A stretch of 57,439 nt of DNA from Chromera velia (Eukaryota), in NCBI GenBank assembly GCA_018398765.1, contig JAHBMJ010000093.1, positions 1 to 57,439 on the forward strand, read 5' to 3'. Under the pieces are notes generated by a model. That model was not told the origin of the DNA. It was given only the letters and a program-made list of their open reading frames with translations, and did not search any database. Positions 53,183 through 57,439 of this stretch are shown here, in pieces. Both the position numbers and the translations under genes were made by a program. Position 1 is the first letter of the stretch. Each line of letters starts with the position of its first letter.

Positions 53183-53975
53183 ACACACAGCGGGTTGAAG
53201 TTCGACAAGACCACGGGACTTCCTGAATGACATCTCTACGGCTCGCAGACACGAGCAAAACTGCGGGGCTGCACCCTGCTCCGCGTAGGCACAGCATTGG
53301 ACATAATACACTACCCACTGGCTTACTGACTGACTGACTGAAGGCATCCCGAATAAGAGCGGCAGTACACAGGTGGGGAGGCAGGTCCACGAGGCGGATC
53401 GTGTCGGACGTGTGTGTGCGGCCCTCCTCCGTGACATCAAAATCTATCGAACTTGCGTCCCTGTAAGAAAAGAAGGAGGACGTTGAATACGCGCGAGTCC
53501 GAAACATGTGCAGAGACACCCATCGACATCGCCCACTGAATACCGCGCCGACTTGTCGGTTCTAGGAAGTATGTTCCACGCACCTCTCTCTGGAAGAGGA
53601 AAACAGTACGTGCGGCCTTGAGGGAAAGATGCATCAATCAAATGCATCACGTAAACAGCCCTGTGAGAGGAGACGGAAAGGAGACCGTTCGTATGCATTG
53701 CAAAGTCGAGTTCGACTCTCAATCATATGCAAAGTTCCTCAATTTTTGGACTGTACAGAAAGTGCTTGCGTCAAAAGAGGGGCGAAACTGCAAACCACTG
53801 ACTTGTCGCTGCCCTCTCTGGCCTCCTCCTTCCACCAGATAATTCTGCCATCGATGTCCGTGTAATAACTCTCGCCGTTCGTCAGAGTTTCTGCATTTGC
53901 ATCTGCAGCTGGACCGCTTCGAGTTGAAGGAGCGGAGGACCTGAAGAAAGACGTCGTGTCGTTCAAGACTGACAT
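26342..53975 (-). CDS. Cellular (RNAi-type) RNA-dependent RNA polymerase, >30 exons, with an N-terminal RRM-like domain and a large internal insertion
   Basis: RdRP motifs in canonical order on successive exons: GPHVEVSNRILR (~46302-46420), FIRVSF, FEFLSYASSQLR...MGDF...KLAARQGQCFS (44780-44962 and next exon), FTDGVG...PSAFQIRWKGCKG...RPSMRKF (~43530-43747), LNHQII, GISDETGSL, KCPALHPGDLR...DVIVFPQRGDR, SGSDLDGD (DLDGD at 40063-40077), LGQIANAH...HSDAVDAAKTG, SVLGEIYR; then YGVADEAQLLTG, RASAAY and SFPWII (26342-27940). The start codon, the last exon and a few junctions are uncertain. Confidence 0.93.
28221..29010. repeat. ~790-bp compound (ACAG/AAAG/ACAA)n microsatellite in an RdRP intron
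   Basis: Directly visible; begins at the GTCTGT donor on the minus strand. Confidence 0.97.
36500..36665. other. Assembly gap (N run) in an intron
   Basis: N characters. Confidence 1.
41972..42060. repeat. Perfect 29-bp tandem repeat x3 (GCATTTCTTGGTGGATGGTCTACTCCAAA), intronic
   Basis: Three head-to-tail identical units with no spacers. Confidence 0.95.
42372..43007. other. Assembly gap (N run) in an intron
   Basis: N characters. The flanking exons join in phase (DDNDA|CVAVRDWS), so no exon needs to be missing. Confidence 1.
43240..43510. repeat. (GACT)n microsatellite, intronic
   Basis: Directly visible. Confidence 0.95.
45174..45218. other. Assembly gap flanked by poly-C
   Basis: N characters. 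Confidence 1.
46885..46965. other. Assembly gap flanked by poly-C
   Basis: N characters. Confidence 1.
52630..53190. repeat. (AAAG)n followed by (CA)n microsatellites, intronic
   Basis: Directly visible; this intron splits the N-terminal RRM-like exons. Confidence 0.95.
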
Positions 53976-54539
53976 TCTCCCCCTTCTGTCGCTTCCCGTC
54001 TCCTTTTATTTTCGTCTCCTGTCTCCTCCGGGGAGAAGTCACTCACATTCACCGACGCCGCTTTTGAACCAATGAAAGAATGAAAACGCAAAACCTGCCG
54101 TTCCGTCCCCTTGACAAAAAAATGTTCCGAGAGCTCTGTTCCGCACAGAGAGCAGGCTACAGAGAAAATCGTTCGTTTAAATAGGTCAGTTGGTCAGTTG
54201 GCGTCTCCACTCGACCAGCTTCGAACACGGCCGTTAATCCCCTCAGAAGAAGGTTCCGTTACCACAGGGAGCTTACTCCTCTTTCCTTCACCACTGAATC
54301 GATCCTTCTGCTCCCTCCTCTGTGCGTCTCAGGTCGGGAGCCAGAACGAGGAGAAGGAACGACTCGCTGACCTTCCGAGAGTGCGAGGCCAGACACCTAG
54401 CTCGGTCTGTTCAAATCGTCAAAGCTACAGTCACAGCGATCCTTCGAGAAGCAAAAGGAGAGCGTCGGACAACTATTGCTGCAGCAACTGCACCTTTCAA
54501 CATGTATATAATATGACAGTCAGCTGCAAATTCTCGGAT

Positions 54540-54725
54540 GACGGTCGATCGATCGATCGATCGAGCTAGATCGATCCGCAATTGCAATCGCGCCATTATA
54601 ATTTTGCGCCATCGCCGCGCGGTCGATCGCGTGCACGCGCGCATTCCGCGAGCAATTAATGCACTTCAAAATTAAGGAATTAAGTGCCCCACAAGCACGC
54701 GCGCATGACGGAACACGCGCTCATG
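54540..54725. promoter_or_regulatory. Putative bidirectional promoter core between the RdRP and FKBP genes
   Basis: (GATC)n run, GCAATTGC and multiple CGCG palindromes in the ~880 bp between the head-to-head ATGs. Confidence 0.5.
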
Positions 54726-54856
54726 CAAGAAATATACTTCAAAACTTTCAGGCTTCTCGCTCAATCTCACTGTCTGCAGCTAGTTCCACTGGAAAATTGG
54801 ACGTCACACTCTGTGTTTGTATTCTGTCGCTGTTTGTCCCGACAAGCTCACATGAG

Positions 54857-56125
54857 ATGACAACGACAGTCTTCCAAGTGCTTCGCTTAGCGCCACTTCT
54901 GGTGCAGTTGGTAGAGCTGGGGGGTGCTTTCTTCATCCCTTCAGATTCCTCATTGACGGCTCGAAAACATCCACCACGGATTCGGCAGACGCGTTTGTTG
55001 CCCTCTCATGGGCTGACTGGTCTGGCAGATGCGGTGGAAGAGATCGCAGCGCCACGTCGTGACTCCATAGTTTTGGAGGATGACATGATTGGAGGGGAGA
55101 CGGGAGTTGAACTTCTCAGGACCGTCTCGGGGCAATCGGGAGATTTTTTCCCGATCACGACAGACGGGGGCGTGATGAAGCGGGTGTTGGTGCAGGGTGA
55201 GGGTCCCCTGTCGGATATTGAGGGAAGTGTTGCGACTGTGGAGTATTCTGGGTCGGTGGTGGGAGAGGACGGGGAGGCGGATGAGGTGTTTGCGACTGCC
55301 AGTCGGATGAACGCCCGTGTGGGGGACTCCAGTTATGTAAAGGGGTGGGAAATTGCACTGAAGTCAATGCAAATGGGAGAGAAGGCCGAGTTCATCCTGT
55401 CTCCGAAGTACGGTTACGGAGTGAAGGGAGTCCCTCCTGTGATTGGACCCAGAAAAAAGCTTCGATTTATCATTCAAATCAAGGGCCTGACTGCCCCTCG
55501 CAGGGCGATGAGCAGCATGCAAATGGACATTGAGTTGTCCTCCATTGGGTCTGAATTGGAAGAAAGGGCCGCTGCCAGAGCGATGGAAATAGCCGAGGCT
55601 AGAAAGAAGAAGGGGGAGAATGAAGAGGAGGAAGAATTGAACTTGGTACAGACAATCGCCCAGGGACTTTGGAAGACCGCTGAAGTCATGTGGGACGAAG
55701 TGACGAATCCCGATCTCGGTAGACCGAGAAGCATGCCCGTTTTCACAACCCCCGTGCTTCTTGTTCTCTTTACGATTTTTGGCGTTTGGCTCGGTAAGGC
55801 TTTGATCGACGCAGGATTCTTCAAGTTGAAAGGAACAGAATTCATGCCACAAGATCAGACCATCGGGGGTGAGGATTTAGATGTTTTGGAGAGAGTCAGC
55901 AAACTCGGACAGAATTTTGCAGAATCCGGAAAGAAAGCCGACCTTCCCCCCCTCCCCGCCCCCAAGCCTCAAGACCCTGCCACTGAAGCCCTCTCCAACC
56001 TGTTGGGAGTTCCCGTTCCTTCTCAAAGGGAATTCTCCATCCCTTCTGAGGAGGCACAGAAAATTCTGGATGACCCCTACTACGTCCCTTTGAGGGACCT
56101 TCCCCAACGAGGCGTTAGGAGGTGA
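54857..56125 (+). CDS. FKBP-type peptidyl-prolyl cis-trans isomerase, intronless, probable signal/transit leader and one transmembrane helix (422 aa from ATG 54857; the ORF is open from 54659)
   Basis: DGGVMKRVLVQGEG...VEYSG...VKGWEIALKSMQMGEKAEFILSPKYGYGVKGVPPVIGP...LRFII is an FKBP domain. A hydrophobic N-terminus ends GGA-FF; hydrophobic segment PVLLVLFTIFGVWLGKALI. Confidence 0.92.
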   Translation: MTTTVFQVLRLAPLLVQLVELGGAFFIPSDSSLTARKHPPRIRQTRLLPSHGLTGLADAVEEIAAPRRDSIVLEDDMIGGETGVELLRTVSGQSGDFFPITTDGGVMKRVLVQGEGPLSDIEGSVATVEYSGSVVGEDGEADEVFATASRMNARVGDSSYVKGWEIALKSMQMGEKAEFILSPKYGYGVKGVPPVIGPRKKLRFIIQIKGLTAPRRAMSSMQMDIELSSIGSELEERAAARAMEIAEARKKKGENEEEEELNLVQTIAQGLWKTAEVMWDEVTNPDLGRPRSMPVFTTPVLLVLFTIFGVWLGKALIDAGFFKLKGTEFMPQDQTIGGEDLDVLERVSKLGQNFAESGKKADLPPLPAPKPQDPATEALSNLLGVPVPSQREFSIPSEEAQKILDDPYYVPLRDLPQRGVRR

Positions 56126-56147
56126 AAGGGGAGGCCGGGGCTTCGGG

Positions 56148-56190
<43 letters not shown>

Positions 56191-56941
56191 GGATGTTCAA
56201 ATGCACATGCAACCGAAGATTCCCTTTTCATTCCATGGATCGAGCCGTATTCATGAAGTCTTACTTAATTTCATTCCTTTCTTACCCCTTTTTTACTATG
56301 TCATGTCGTGTCGATCTCCACTCAAGTGTGCGTCTGTTGCGGGTGTGTCAAGATTGTCCTTTCCATAAGACCGCCCTTTTGAGTCGCGTAATGATGCAGC
56401 CGCGATTTATACGACTGATTTGACCTCAGTGCATTCAATTCCAAGTACATTCAAGTTATGCCGCAGTGTGTAACAATCATGCCAATGACAGCGTCCATCC
56501 GTTAATAAGTGCTAGAATAAGTGATGAATCACTAGATGAATATTATTAAGATGAATCCTTAGATGAATCTAGAAATCAATCCAAAATTTTTAATAATTTG
56601 CACATGGTCCATACGGTTTACAATTATATATATACAAAAAAATATAGGTATATTTACTAGTATATTTATTATTTATTCGTTTTTGAATAGGGAAGTACAC
56701 CTAGAAGTACACACAATCACGAAAAGGATGAATCCTGATATTTATCTAAGTCATAATCCGACAAAAACATAGTCAATTTATGATACCTATAGTTATCTAG
56801 CAAAATTTAAATTGTGTCTACTCTTAGTGATTAGTAGTGACCATGTTTGATTTGATTATATTTGATTTGATTTGATTTGATTTGATTTGAGCTTCAACCT
56901 CAAATATTTGATATTTGAGGTAAGATTTGAGGTTAACCTCT

Positions 56942-57439
56942 TAGGGTTCCTTACTGAGTCACTGACTTACTGTCACTCTGATCATTTTTCTCATGACAAT
57001 AGTTATCAGAACATTTCTGATGTGTGTTTTAAAAATTTAAAAAATATATATATAGAATTATAAATTATTAGTTCCGTAAAAAAAATATGCCTGTGTGGCA
57101 GTGTATATACACTAGTCACTGAGACTCACTCTAGTACTAATAGAGATTAAGAACGTAAAATTGATAGATTTGAAATTGCATATGACTTTTTGTTGATACG
57201 ATAAAGTTAGAGCACGTACCAAAATTGAGGTGACAATCACTCAGCTTTATGGCACTTCCTTTTCCTCTTCTTCATGATCACTTTCTTCAATGTGAATCGA
57301 ATCGATCGGTGGTGGGAGCTGCTGAGAGCTTTTTCTCTGGCTTTTCGGCTTTCCAGGAGTGGGTGCTCCTGGGCTTCTATTCGGTTGCGGAGAGATGACA
57401 ACGGGGTGAGACGGAGAACCGCGCACACGTTTGCTATTG
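56942..57439. mobile_element. Possible end of another DNA transposon running out of the window
   Basis: Starts TAGGG like the element at 18604, followed by repeated GTCACT/CTCACT motifs, an AT-rich spacer and the tail of a minus-strand reading frame. The other end and a TSD are not visible. Confidence 0.3.

Noticed and set aside
1..53975. Functional link between the TE cluster and the neighbouring RdRP gene
   Set aside because: Adjacency alone is not evidence in a repeat-rich eukaryotic genome.

Overview
Eukaryotic, intron-rich genomic DNA. Microsatellite-filled introns and a bipartite plastid-type leader suggest a chromerid-like photosynthetic alveolate; this is inference, not an identification. 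The first ~21 kb is a decayed transposon cluster: a long fold-back repeat, a broken Ty1/copia pol, an 11.2-kb LTR element (two 463-bp LTRs, GAAT target duplication, eroded gag, no recognisable pol) whose LTRs each carry a tRNA-like Pol III cassette, and a 2.25-kb hAT-type element with an 8-bp target duplication. The LTR pair and the gag show almost purely C>T/G>A decay. Three host genes follow: a five-exon coiled-coil/Cys-Pro/MATH gene (minus), a ~27.6-kb cellular RNA-dependent RNA polymerase gene with a DLDGD motif (minus), and a divergent intronless FKBP-type PPIase (plus). The RdRP appears to carry an in-frame insertion of roughly 1,100 aa (one FN3-like and three RRM-like modules plus an acidic region) inside its C-terminal part. 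All exon calls, alignments and counts were made by hand.
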